Source: Octopus sinensis (Eukaryota). Taken from it: DNA of 64,000 nt. The notes beneath the pieces are model-generated. The model did no database searches. It saw nothing but the letters and a program-made list of their open reading frames with translations, and was not told where the DNA came from. Location of the stretch: positions 7,874,001 to 7,938,000 of the forward strand of contig NC_043014.1 of assembly GCF_006345805.1 (NCBI RefSeq). Direction: 5' to 3'. A program made the translations under genes and the position numbers. This document shows, one piece after another, positions 50,821-63,809 of this stretch. Position 1 is the first letter of the stretch, and each line of letters begins with the position of its first letter.

Positions 50821-51110
50821 GAAGGCGCGTGGCCTTGTAGTTAGGCATGTTGTACACATGATCGTGAGATAGTGATTTTGATTGTCAGACCGATTTCACG
50901 TTGTGTTCTTGAGCAAAACACTTCTTTTCACGTTGCTTTAATGCGCTCAGTTTCAAAGGGCCAATCCTGCAATGCACCAGTCGACCGATAAGGAAGAATG
51001 TCGGCTTGCTCGCTTTATCAGCAAGGCGGCACCATTCAAAGTTAAAATGATGTGAAACGCATTCTGGCCAGCGTTGTATACCAACATCCATAGTCTGCTC
51101 GATGTTCATG
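50821..51110 (+). mobile_element. Old degenerate tRNA/CORE-like SINE
   Basis: GGCGCGTGGCC head and GTGTTCTTGAGCAAAACACTT CORE-like tract. Confidence 0.4.
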
Positions 51111-51126
51111 ATCACGCGGATATATA

Positions 51127-51169
<43 letters not shown>

Positions 51170-51175
<6 letters not shown>

Positions 51176-54100
51176 AATCCAAACGGGAAACAAAAAACAA
51201 CAACAATGGAACAATTACAGTATTATTATTAATAGGCGCTCAGGAAATGGAAGCAGGGAGGTATGACGTTTCGAGCGGAGCTCTTCGTCGGAAACATAAA
51301 GAAGGAAGAGAGAGAAAGAAAGATCCCAGAGCGGGCAACAGGGAAAGAGAAAAAAGACGACTGGTGTTTACGAGTTGCACATGGTGAAAGGCGGATGTTT
51401 ACGAAAACAGAGCAAAGTGGGTTTAAAGGCAAAAGAGTGGAGACAAGGTTGGTAACGCAACAGATGTGTGGTATGTGTGAGTGTGTGCGTGTGCGTGTGT
51501 GTATGTGTGTGTGTGAGGCGAGATGAAAAAAACAAAAAAAATATATGTGTGTGTTAGTGTGTGCGTCTGTGTGTAGGCGTGTGAGGTAGGGCGACGAGAC
51601 GGTGGTCAGCTTAGCAGACAAAGGTCAGTAGTAAGAAAAAGAAGGAAGGAGGAAGGGAGGGAGAGGAAGGGGTGGGGGCGTATGTAGCGTGCCAGCGTGT
51701 GTTGAGTAGTAGTGTGTGTGTGTGCCCAGTGTCGTGGTGGTATAAATGGCGAGTAGATTGAATGTGTGTAAGAGTAATGTATATATTTAAGCAATGTGTG
51801 TATATGTGTGCGCGTGTGTGTAACGAAAAAAGGGGGGGTTAAGGAAAAAGGACTCCAGCTGAGGGGAAGATGGAAGAGTGGTCCCGCGGAGACGGGCGTG
51901 GGAAAACCCAACGACACGCGACGGTCCCAGGAACGGGCGGGAGGTCTTGTCGGTCCAAGAGCGAGGTGCTGCGGCGCGTATGCGTGCGCGAACCGGCGCA
52001 AGCGCGTGCGTGCGCGCGCCTGCGAGTATGTGCGTAAGTATGTATGTGTGTGGATGTGTGAGTGTGTCTGTGTGTATGTCCGGGTGGCAGTGTGTCCGAT
52101 GAATGTATGTGAGTATGTGTGTATGTATGGTGTGCATAGATGTATGTCCGTGTGTGTGTGTGTGTGTGTATGTGTGTGTGTGTATGTATGTACGTGTGGG
52201 TGTGGGGAAGTGTGTGTATGTGCATGTGTGTGCGCGTACATACAGGTGTGTGTGAGTGAGTGTGTGTGTGTGTATGTATGTGTGAGTGTGTGTATGTATG
52301 TGTGTGTAGGATGCATGTATGTGTATGGGTGTATGTATGCGTGTGTGTATGTATGTATGTGTACGTGCGTGTGTGTGTGTGTATGCGTGTAGATGTGCGC
52401 GTGTGCATGCATGCATGCATGCATGTGCGTATGTGTGTGTGTGTGTGCATGTGTGTGGGTATATATGTATGTGCGTATATGTGTGTGTATGTGCGTACAT
52501 GTGTGGTGTGTGTATGCATGTGTGTGTATGTAGGTGTGTAGGCGTGTGTGTATAGGTGTATGTAAGTAAGTATGTATGGGTGTGTCCGTGTATGTGTGTG
52601 TATGTATGTGTGTGTATGTAGGTGTGTGGGCGTGTGTATATGTGTGTGTAGGTGTGTGGGCGTGTGTATATAGGTGTATGTGTGTATGTCTGGGTGTGTC
52701 CGTGCATGTTTGTGTGTGTGTGTGTATGCATGTGTATGTAGGTGTGTGTGTACGTGTGTAATGTATGTGTGTATGCGTGTGTATGCGTGCGTGTGTGTAT
52801 GTAGGTGCGTGTGTATGTGTGGGGAGTGTAGGTGTGTGTGGCGTGTGCGTGGCGTGTTTATGTTGGTGTGTGCGTATGTGAGTGTGAGTGTATGGGTGTT
52901 TGTCATGCATGTGTGTGCGCGTGCAGGTGAGTGTGTGTGTAAGTATGTGTGTGTGTATGTTTGTGTGAGTGTGTATGTGTGTATGTCTGTGTGTATGTAT
53001 GTGCGTATAGGAGTATGTGGGTATGTGTGTGTGTATGTATATGGGGTGATGTATGTATGTGTGTGTGTGTGCATGTGTATAAGTATATGTGTGTTGCGTA
53101 TGTGTGTATATGTGTATGTGTGTGTGTTTATGTATGTGTGTATGTATGTGTGTAGGCGTGTGTGTGTAGATGTATGTATGTATGGGTGTGTGTCCGTGTG
53201 TGTTTGTGTGTGTGTGTAGGTAGATGTGTGTGTCTGAGTGAGGGTATGGCTGTGTAGGTGTGTGTGTGTATGAATGTAAGTGTGTGTGTATACAAGTGTA
53301 ATGTATGTATGTAGGTGTGTGTGTGTGTGTGTATGTGTACGTGTGCGTGTGTATGTGTGTGTGTGTATGCGTGTGAGTGTGAGTGTATGGGTGTATGTCT
53401 GTGTGTGTGTATGTCTGAAGTAGGTATGTATGTGTATGTATGTATGTGTGTGTGTGTGCAGGTATGTGTGTGTATGTGTGGTGTGTGAGTAGGGTGCGTG
53501 TATGTATGTGGGTAGGGATGCATGCGAGTGTGTGTGAGTATGTATGCATACATACGCACGCGCACATCCGAAGCAAGCCCACACACACGAAGCGCGCTCA
53601 CGCACACAACGCACAAGCAGTACAACGCAAGCCCAAGGGCCGACCAAGCCCCAGCGCGCGCCAAGGCGCGCGAGCGCAAAGGCCCTCGAACGCCCCGCTA
53701 CGCGGGAACCGAGGATCCATCAGCCAAAACCGGAAAGCAGAAAAGAGGGGGGGCTGCCTGGATGCAAAAAGGTGTATGTGTGTGTGCATTCAGTGTAAGG
53801 GTGTGCATGTGTAGGTATGTATGTATGTATGTGCCTACATGTATGTTTGCATGTGTGTGTGTGAAGTATGTACGTGCGGTGTGTGTGTGTGAGTGTGTGT
53901 GTATGTATGTGCGTATGTATGTGTGTGTGTATGTGTGTATGTATGTCTGTGTGTGTGTGTGTGTGTAAGTATTATGTGTGTGCGTATGTATGTATGTGTG
54001 TGTGTGTATGTGCATGTGGTTTGTATGTTAGTGTGTGCTAGTATGTCTGTAAGTGTGTGTGATTAAATGTGTGAATGTATGTACGTAGATGGGTCTACGT

Positions 54101-57100
54101 ATGTGTGTGTGTGAACAGGCGTGTGGGAGGTAGGTGGGTGGGGTGGGTGGGTGTGTGGGTGGGGAGGTAGGTGGGTGGGGGTGTGGTTGTGGGGTGGTGT
54201 GTCCACAAAAAAAAAAAAAAAAAAAAGAAACGGATCTCAAGAGGAGGGGGCTGTGTTAAGTCCGTGTGGGGTGGTAGTTTGTAGGGTGAAGATGTAGCGT
54301 TGCGTTGCTCCAAGTGGAGCCTGGAAAGTGGGCGACATGGTGGGGGGGCGAGACCAAACACTGAGATGTCATCTAGGGAATGGCCGGCCGAGCGGAAGTG
54401 GCGTGCGACGGGAGAAGAAAGAGAGTGTAGGCGAACGTCCCTAAGTGTTCAGTGAAACGGTCGGACAACCGGCGTCCCGTCTGTCCTACATACAGCATCC
54501 CGCATAGGTTGCATTTAATGCAGTAAATAAGGCCAGACGAGTGCACGTAAAAGAGTGCCTAATGCGTACAGTGTGCAGGTTGGAGCCGGTGACAGCGGTG
54601 GTGTTGGTGATGAAGGGGCAAGTGTTGCAGCGGGATCTAGAGCAAGGGAATGATCCGTGTGGGGCTGAGGGGGAGGAGGAGAGAGGGTGCTGTGGACCAG
54701 GAGGTCACGCAGATTGCGGGCTCGTTTGAAAGAGGACAGGGGTAGGTTAGGGAAAAATGGGGCGGGTGGTGGGATCAAGCTGGAGGCGACGGAAGGCACG
54801 TAGTATCTTGCGACGAAGGGGTAGGGTAGAGGGGTGGAAAAGGAGGGGGAAGGGGGTGCGGTTGGGGGGTGGGCGGGGGGGGGAAGGAGACAGGGCGGTA
54901 GTGCGGTCGATGCGACGGGCGCGGGTGAGGGCATCAGAGAGGAGTATGGGTGGGTAACCTCGGAGTCTGAACATGCGGGCCAGGTATTGAGATTGGGTCT
55001 CGAAATCCTGGTCGCGGCTGCACAAACGTCGGAGGCGGAGGAACTGGGAGTAGGGGATGGCTCGTTTGGTGTGGAAGGGGTGGGAGGAAGAGAAGTTGAG
55101 ATAGAGGTGGGAATCCGTAGGTTTTAAAAAGGCGGTGGTGGTGAGAGAGCTGGAGGGGTGATCGATGCGGAGAGAGATGTCAAGGAAGTTGACAGAGGTG
55201 TTGGAGATGGTGGAGGTGAATTGAAGAGAGGGGTGAAAGTTGGAAAGGAAAGAGATGAATTGGCAGAGAAGTTCACGGGAAAGGGAGGTGGCACCTACGC
55301 AGTCGTCGATATAGCGACCGTATAGTTCGGGGGTCGGCCCAGAGAACTGGGAGAACACTTGGGCCTCAATGTAGCCAAGAAAGAGATTGGCGAAATTGGG
55401 GCCCATCCTAGTTCCCATCGCGACCCCGGACACCTGTTGGTACGTTTCCCCGGCGAACGTGAAGCAATTGAGGGTGAGGACGAGCTCAGCCAAACGGAGA
55501 AGGGTGGGGGTGCTGGGGGTGGGGTCGGGACGACGGTCGAGGAAGTGTTGGAGGGCTAGGAGACCGTCATTGTGGGAATCACTGTGTACAGGGATTTTAC
55601 ATCTAAAGTGAAGAGGAGGTGTGAGGGGCTGGAAGGGAAGGAAAAGGAATTGAAGAGACGGAGGGCGTGGTTGGTGTCGTGTATGTGGGATGGGAGGGGG
55701 CTGCGACTAAGGGGGACAGGATGCGGTCGAGGTATAGGGAGATGAGTTCAGTGGGGCAATTACAGGCAGAGACTATGGGACGGCCAGGATTAGAGGGTTA
55801 TGGATCTTGGGAAGGAAGTAGATGGTGGAGGTGCGGGGTTTGCGGACGATGAGGTTGGTGGCGGTGAGGGGGAGAGCGGAGGAGGAGATGAGGTCGTCGT
55901 GGATGGTGGAGGACACTCGCTGTTGGTAGGAGGAGGTGGGATCGGAGGGGAGGAGGCGATAGAAGAGTGGATTTTGAAGCTGGTTGAGCGCTTCCTCCCT
56001 GTATAGGTCCGCGCGCCACACTACCACTGCCCCGCCTTTGTCCGCCGGTTTGATGACAATGTCATCACGACGGCGGAGGTGGCGAAGGGCAATGGATTCG
56101 GCCCGAGTGAGGTTGGCTCGGCGGGGTCTTGGTGCAAAGTTGAAACGGTGGACCAAAGCGTTGCAGTCATGTACAAACGAATCTAGGCTACTGAAAAGGC
56201 CTGGGGGCGGCGTCCAGATGGATGGACGACGCCCCAGCTCCAAAAGGCAATCCTGATTGTTGTGACGCTGCGGGGACGCGTGGTAGTATGCGCGAAGTTT
56301 GAGGCGGCGCAGGAACAGGTTGACGTCCGCCCGAGTCTCGAACTCATCACAGTGGCGCGTGAGTGGCGTGAAGCGGAGACCTTACTGAGGAGGGAGCGCT
56401 CAGCGGCGGGAGGGGGGGGGGGGGGGGGTATAGTGACAACAGCGCGAGGAAGCGGGGTGGTGGGAGGACTAGGGGCAGGCGGAGGGGGTGCAGGGGTGTG
56501 AAGGGGAGGGTAGGGGTGGTTGGGTGAAGATGGGTTAGGCGTAGGAAGGTCACGGTGGGGGGGTGTGTGGGTCCGTGGAAGGGTGGGGTAGGTGCGAAGG
56601 AGGGGGGGAACAGTGGGGGAGGATGGGAAGGGGGTGAGGGGTTGAGGAGGAGGTGGAGAGTTTTTTTTTTTTGTGTGTGTGAGGTGGTTGTAGAGTTGGT
56701 GGTTGAGATTAAGAATGAAGCGGAGGATAGGTTGGGTGAAGAGTGGAGGGCAGAGGGCGGAGAGAAGGAGGTAGGCCTGGGGAAGTTGATGGTCGAGGGA
56801 GTCAAGGAGGGGGCGGGTGGAGCGGATGGTGGCGCGGAGGAGGGAGCGGGAGGTACGAGCGAGGGTGGGTTCGATGAAGGGGGAGGAATAGGGGGTAGCG
56901 TGGAACTTCAAGAGGAAACCGCGGGGTGTGACATGATGGCGGAGGCACCGGCTAAGAAAGGAAAGATGACTGGAGTGGCGGGTTTTCTTAAAAAGCAAGC
57001 GGGAAAGTTTTATAGCAGGTGCGGAACATTGTGGGGGGAAGAACGCGAGGTAGCGGCTGAGGAGGGATTGAAGGTGTTGGACGAACGAGTGCAAGTCAGG

Positions 57101-58310
57101 CATGATGAGAGGTGGTGGCAAACAGGTAAAGGTGGGTGGTGGCGAAACAGGAAAAAGGAGAGACAACAGGAAAACAACGAAAGAAGAAAAAGGGTGAAGA
57201 CGGTTTGAAAACAATAAAAAAATGTTGAAAAAAGTTGAAAAAATTCAGGAAAGAGATTTGAGAGTCAACGGACAGATTAAGTAATGATTTTCAATCACGG
57301 TAAGCGGGTACTCCGGAAGAAGGTTGCGGGTGATCCGTAGGTCAGGAAGAATGGTAACAATAATCCGTAGGTGCAAAAAATCCGGGAGTTGGTATCCAAG
57401 GTACAAGGGGTCCGTGTAGGCGCGCAGTGGTATAATTTTAATCCAAACGGGAACAAAAAAAACAACAATGGAAACAATTACAGTATTATTATTAATAGGC
57501 GCTCAGGAAATGGAAGCAGGGAGGTATGACGTTTCGAGCGGAGCTCTTCGTCGGAAACATAAAGAAGGAGAGAGAGAGAGGAAAGATGGATCGGAGGCAA
57601 CAGGGGCAAAGAGAAAGAAAGTGAAAGGTGCAATACGAGAGGGTGCAGACAAGGGCACATGGCGAAAGGCGGAAAGACAGAAAAGGGAGCAAGGTGGGTT
57701 TTAAAGGCAAAAGAGTGTGAAAAGGGTTGGTAGAGCAACAGATGGTGTGGATGAAAATGTGGTGCAATGTGTGTGGTATGTGTGTGTGTGAGGCGAGATG
57801 AAAAAACAAAAAAATATATATGTGTGTGTTAGTGTGTGCGTCTGGTGTAGGCGTGTGAGGTAGGGCGAGACGGTGGTCAGCTTAGCAGACAAAGGTCAGT
57901 AGTAAGAAAAAGAAGGAAGGAGGAAGGGAGGGAGGGGAAGGGGTGGGGGCGTATGTAGCGTGCCAGCGTGTGTTGAGTAGTAGTGTGTGTGTGTGTCCAG
58001 TGTGGTGTGGTGGTATAAATGGCGAGTATTGATGAATGTGTGTAAGAGTAATGTATATATTTAAGCAATGTGTGTATATGTGTGCGCGTGTGTGTAACGA
58101 AAAAAGGGGGGGGGTAAGGAAAAAGGACTCCAGCTGAGGGGAAGATGGAAGAGTGGTCCGCGGAGACGGGCGTGGGAAAACCCAACGACACGCGACGGTC
58201 CCAGGAACGGGCGGGGAGGTCTTGTCGGGTCCAAGAGCGAGGTGCCGCGGCGCGTCGTATGCGTGCGCGAACCGGCGCAAGCGCGTGCGTGCGCGCGCCT
58301 GCGAGTATGT
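51170..58310 (-). mobile_element. Full-length Penelope-like element with two direct pseudo-LTRs (51170-52040, 57434-58310)
   Basis: ~870-bp direct repeats, each with an HHR variant (CCGACGA..GAAACGTC); RT/GIY-YIG ORF between; ~2.2-kb GT-rich microsatellite tract before the 3' pLTR. Confidence 0.92.
54225..57214 (-). pseudogene. Penelope-type RT + GIY-YIG endonuclease ORF, split by frameshifts
   Basis: HSSHLSFLSRCL, DIVIKPADKGGAVVVW, GVAMGTRMGPNFANLFL, GRYIDD, VNFLDISL, KPTDSHLYL, then IYCIKCNLCGMLYVGQTGRRLSDRFTEHL and TPHGLN. Confidence 0.92.
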
Positions 58311-58312
58311 GC

Positions 58313-58683
58313 ATAATAAATATTAGGGGAATAAATCCAAATTTACAGGGAAAAAATCAGATTTAGGATTAAATCCAATTTATAGTAATATTATTATATA
58401 ATATTAATTCGAGACAAAACGCTATTTTGCAAAACAAACAAGGAAAGACTTAATCAATACATAAAAATTTTAATATAAAATAAATAAACCGCCACTACAA
58501 TTGTTTCATGTCTTCAAATGACATTCGTCAGGTGGATTTCCGATCTTCGGAAATCCACCTGACGAATGTCATTTGAAGACATGAAACGATTGTAGTGGCG
58601 GTTTATTAATTTTATATTAAAATTTTTATGTATTGATTAAGTCTTTCCTTGTTTGTTTTGCAAAATAGTGGTTTTGTCTCGAA

Positions 58684-58696
<13 letters not shown>
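58313..58696. mobile_element. PLE-derived asymmetric palindrome, family A, with HHR (58555-58598)
   Basis: ccac-CTGACGA-atgtc atttgaa gacat-GAAA-c gatt g-TA-gtgg; homologous to 2381-2763. Confidence 0.82.
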
Positions 58697-58765
<69 letters not shown>

Positions 58766-59792
58766 ATGCATATATATCTGTATGTACGTATAATTAATTA
58801 ATAAGGGTGAGAGAATTAAACATGTATTTTTGTGGTTGAAACCTTTTGGATTAACTGGTGCTAGAGTGAGCCATATAGTGACCACTCTCTTATATTTATT
58901 ATGTATGTACGTATATATATTTATATAATCATGCATATATATATTCATATACACACATATATATGTGTGTGTGTGTCTATGTGTATGTATGTATGCGTGT
59001 GTGCGTGTGTATGGGTGTGTGCGTATGTGTGTAAGCGTGTGTGTGCATGTGTGCGTATGTGTGTGTGTGTGTGTGTGCAAGCGTGTGTGTGCATGTGTGT
59101 GTGTATGTGTGTGTACGCGTGTGTGTGTGTGAGTGTGTATTCAACATGATGTCTTGGTGGTAACCCGTGTTGAATTTATGCTATTGAAAATCGCGAAGAA
59201 AATCGAAAACAGGTCGGAGTAATCTGAAATCGTAGCGATTTTATACCTCAAAATTTTCAGTAAATCACATAGAAGTATACTTTCGTTTCGATCGTCCGTA
59301 GCATGGTTTAAAAGAGTTTCTAAGACCCACAGGTTCTAAGAAGAATCTGAATCTACAAATATAAACTGCACAACAGCAGCTTCTTAGAGTAACACTCCAA
59401 CGAACCTATATATTTTTAAAAATTGGTGCAAAACTTCTTAGATAAGTTTACCTTCTCAAGTAAACTCTCATCTAATATCTCGACGAGATCTTTGTTTACA
59501 TATCTGTTATACACTCTTAAACTCGGGGAACTATACAAATCTGGATAGCTTTCACTATAGACAGAAACTGACTATATATGTTTTCAGGTGTAGTAAATGC
59601 TTATCGACCTTTTATCCCCGGGAATTTCCTACTTTTATATAGGTGAGACCTCGACAAACGTCAAACTGAGACTGGAAAACCGTTTAAATTAGTTTAAGGA
59701 TAGAATTAAGAGTCACTGTACAAGTTTGAGCAAGTTTGTCTGGTTACTTTAGGATAAAATCGCTAGCTTGTATAGCAAGGGGGAATAGAGTC

Positions 59793-61350
59793 TATGAGGT
59801 ATAGTCAAAAAGTATCCAACCTTTGGCCAAAAAACAAATAATATAAAAAAAAAACTCACCATTTGATTTATTCTCCTTCAAAATATTCGCCTTGGGAGTC
59901 TACACACTTCTGCCAGCCTTCCTGCCACTGCTAGAAACATTTCTGGGAATCACTTTTTGGGATGGTGTAGAACTGTGCCGTCGAATTTTGCGTAATGTCC
60001 TCTTTTGACTCGAATCGTTTCCGTTTGAGTGTTTTTTAAGCTTTGAGAATACCCAAAAGTCACATGGAGCCAAGTCTGGGGAGTAGGGAGTAGGGAAGTG
60101 GTGTGTTTTGCTTGACGAGTAATGCTTGGACGACGTGGGCGGAATGAGCGGGTGCGGTTCCACGGTGGAGTTGCTAGTTCTTTGCTCTCCACAGGTCGGG
60201 TCGCTTTTGCTGCACAACTTCACTAAGGTGACGAAGAACTCCCAGGTAGTATTATTTGTTAATTGTTTGACCTCTGTAGGTCATCAGGTCATCATCAGTT
60301 TAACATTGCTGCGCACCTGTCTTGCTTTCTTTGGTCTTGGCGAGACTGGATGCTTCCATTAGGATTATTGCAATTTTGTTTCAGGGTCATAGCCGTACAC
60401 CCATGTTTCATCGCCAGTGAGAAAAGTGTTCATGAAGTTTTGATCTTGGTTAGCACACTCCAGCATGTCCTGGGAGATTTCCTTTCTGTTTTCTTTCTGC
60501 TGGGCAGGCAGCAACTTTGGTACGAATCTGGCCGATACCCTCCTCATGCACAAATCTTCTGTTATAATTGACTGAACGGACGCATGGTTGGTTCCAACTT
60601 CGGCAACAATCTCTTCAATAGTCATACGGCAATCTTCATAGACTATTCCTCGAACTTTTGCAATCATTTTATCGTTTCTGTTAGTCGATGGTTTGCCACA
60701 ACGTGGCTCGCTGTCCACTGAGGAGCAGCCATCTTTGAACTGGCTGTACCTATTTCTTTACTACCCACAAGGGGCTAAACACAGAGAGGACAAACAAGGA
60801 CAGACAAACGGATTAAGTCGATTACATCGACCCCAGTGCGTAACTGGTACTTAATTTATCGATCCCGAAAGGATGAAAGGCAAAGTTGACCTCGGCAGAA
60901 TTTGAACTCAGAACGTAATGGCAGACAAAATATGGCTACGCATTTCGCCCGGTGTGCTAACGTTTCTGCCAGCTCGCTGCCATCTTTGAACCGGTTGTAC
61001 CGCCCCTTTATTTGTGCTTTTCCCATAGCGTTATCTCGAAAGGCCTTCTGAATCTTCTCTGTAGTCTGGGCGTGCGCATCACCAAGTCTTTGGCAGAATT
61101 TGATATAGTATCTTTGCTCAATGCGCTCTGTCATCTTGACTCAAAAAACAAAAATCGCACAGCACACTGCGTCTGCACACAATGCGTCACTGCAGGCGAA
61201 TGGTGCAACCTACATATGCTAAAGTTTTCGTGCATGCTAAGGAATGACGCGGCCACTCATATAATATCCATGCGGATTTTGCTCACGCATTATTATTTTG
61301 TGCTCCCGCCAAAATCAAGGTCGGGTACTTTTTAACTATACCACGTCATA
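59793..61350 (-). mobile_element. Decayed mariner transposon
   Basis: Imperfect TIRs GGTATAGTYAAAAAGTA; EQRYYIKFC, RRVSARFVPKLL, LTGDETWVYGYDPETK, PYSPDLAPCDFW. Confidence 0.9.
60749..60978 (-). mobile_element. Meta-like SINE inserted in the mariner ORF with ~22-bp TSD
   Basis: GCCATCTTTGAACYGGYTGTAC at 60728-60749 and 60979-61000 (2 mismatches). Confidence 0.92.
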
Positions 61351-61829
61351 GCCATAATAGAAATTTACCAGATTTTCATTCGAACACCAATTGCTTAACA
61401 GTAGACTGGAACAGGCTGCGAGGTGTTCGCACCTGCATGGGAAAACACTTAAATACTTCTATGCAGGTACTGGACAGGAAAATTCGCTACAAATGGGAGG
61501 TGCCTGAATTTAAAGGGTAAATGTTGAGACAATATCTGTATCAACTTTCAACTGGTTTGATAATATCACCAGCTTAAAATATCTTTTATGAATTTTAGCA
61601 AGACATATAGGACACATTAACTTCCATGTCATCTAAAACTCAGTTAACAAGTGCACCTTTCATATGGACATCTTAAGTATACATGACAGAATTCTTTCAG
61701 TTAATTAAATTTAAAATAAATTTATTTTTATACAATTTCTTCTAATACAAATATGAAACTCCCATAAAGATAAAACGATGAAAGTGAAATCAGGCCAGTT
61801 GAAAATATAAGAAAAATCCCTTATATATA

Positions 61830-62486
61830 AAAACAAAGCCGATTACAAGTTTGCAAAAGTATTTCCGTCGAGACACTGCAGACCCCAGGAGGGTAAGCGA
61901 AATATACAATAAACAATTCGAAAGTATTTTCATTTTTCCACTGGGAAATATGCAAATTACCAACGTCGTTGAGTTTTTCAGCATCGCAGACACACATTGG
62001 GAAGAGATAACCATTTATTATATCGATATAAAAGATGAGGATATAATATCGGCCGTTGACGAGATGAACTCAAACTCGACAGCAGTACGCCTAGGGGTTT
62101 TCCAATTATTCTTTTAAAGACATGAGAGAAAGATCTTGCAAAATCACAACGAATACTTTTCCAGAGATTCTCCGTAAGTCAAAACTTCTTAAAATGCTAA
62201 AAGAAGGTGTCATATGCCCTATCCACAAAGGAGAAAGCAGAGAAATGCTAATAATTGCAGGTTTATCTTTCTATGTCCTCATATGGGCGCAGGAGTGGCT
62301 ATATAGGCGCAGGAGTGGCTATATAGGCGTAGGAGTGGCTGTGTGGTAAGTAGCTTGCTAACCAACCACATGTTCCGGGTTCAGTCCCACTGCGTGGCAT
62401 CTTGGGCAAGTGTCTTCTGCTATAGCCCCGGGCCGACCAATGCCTTGTGAGTGGATTTGGTAGACGGAAACTGAAAGAAGCCTGTC

Positions 62487-62548
<62 letters not shown>

Positions 62549-63110
62549 TTGTATGTCTCTGTTTGTCCCTGTAGCATTGTTTGACAACCGATGCTGGTGT
62601 GTTTATGTCCCCGCCACTTAGCGGTTCGGCAAAAGAGACCGATAGAATGAGTACTGGGCTTACAAAGAATAAGTCCCGGGTTCGAGTTGCTCGATTAAAG
62701 GTGGTGCTCCAGCATGGCCGCAGTCAAATAACTGAAACAAGTAAAAGAGTAAAAAGAGTAAAGAGTAATAGCTCAACTCTTCAAATGTGGATGTGATACA
62801 TTGCGTCTTTGCCAAAATCTTCGAAAATGTTGACCATTGGATGATACTGCATGATCTTGATATTGTTAGTAAATTATGGGAAACGGTTGCATGCCTTTTT
62901 AAGAAACAGCTGTCAAGCAGTAGCAACCAATGGTGCTATCACTGGAAAGAAATCGATACTAAGCAGAGTCCGTCAGCAAACTGTACTGGGACAGCTACTG
63001 TTTATGATGGCTCTTCTAGGCATGCTTTCAGTGATATAGTTATACAGTCATCTACACTCACCAGCTAGTCTGATGATGCAAAACTTGTCGCAAGTAATTA
63101 TGGATCCTGA
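61830..63110 (+). pseudogene. Decayed CR1/jockey-group RT region interrupted by a SINE
   Basis: RVSEIYNKQFESIF..EDIISAVDEMN..KEGVICPIHKG, then VDVIHCVFAKIFENVDH..LGQLLF..DDAKL. Confidence 0.75.
62286..62765 (+). mobile_element. CORE-type SINE with triplicated 5' end
   Basis: GGCGCAGGAGTGGCTATATA repeated at 62286 and 62306 before the normal head at 62326. Confidence 0.9.
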
Positions 63111-63365
63111 AGATATCTCACTTCTGTCTAATTCATTGCTTCACCTGAACCGATTCCAGAGCCAGAAAGTGGAAATGAGTCTAAAATACACAAACGTTAG
63201 CGCTAATGTCGGTGCCCTACCATGGGAACAGTTTTAGTTTGAAATTAATAAGAGAATAGTAGAATTACACACATACACACACACATATACACACACATAC
63301 ACTCACACACATACACAAATATACATACAAACATACATATATATGTGTGTGTGTGTATGTGTACA

Positions 63366-63568
63366 TATGTGACCGCGTGAGTACCGTTGGCGATTTTTTT
63401 CCCTCTGTCTTCCCTTCTCTGGATCTTTCCTTCTCCTATGTTTCCGACGAAGAGCTCCGCTCGAAACGTAAAACCCTCCTTCTTCCCTTCCTTCCTGAGC
63501 GTCCAGTAATACTATATTGTTCCACGTCCTCGCGTCGTTGTGTTTTTTTTGTGCTTTCATGTTTGGAT

Positions 63569-63573
<5 letters not shown>
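63366..63573 (+). mobile_element. PLE family F 3' terminus with best-preserved HHR (63440-63474)
   Basis: gttt-CCGACGA-a gagc tcc gctc-GAAA-cg-TA-aaac; ends GGATTAAC(TA)n. Confidence 0.8.
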
Positions 63574-63640
<67 letters not shown>

Positions 63641-63809
63641 ATATATTCGTGCACGCGAGCATACACTTGCACACGACCAAAGAAAGAAGCTCTCCAGTCG
63701 AAGAAGGTAAAATAGAAAGGAGGAACCAATCCAAAGAGGCAGTACTGGAGGGTTTCAAGTACCAACAATTGAAAGATACCATCCATGATAATAACTGCAA
63801 AAAACTGTT

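Noticed and set aside
51606-53647. 660-aa and 602-aa His/Thr-rich ORFs
   Set aside because: Translations of stop-poor (CA)/(CATA) microsatellite.
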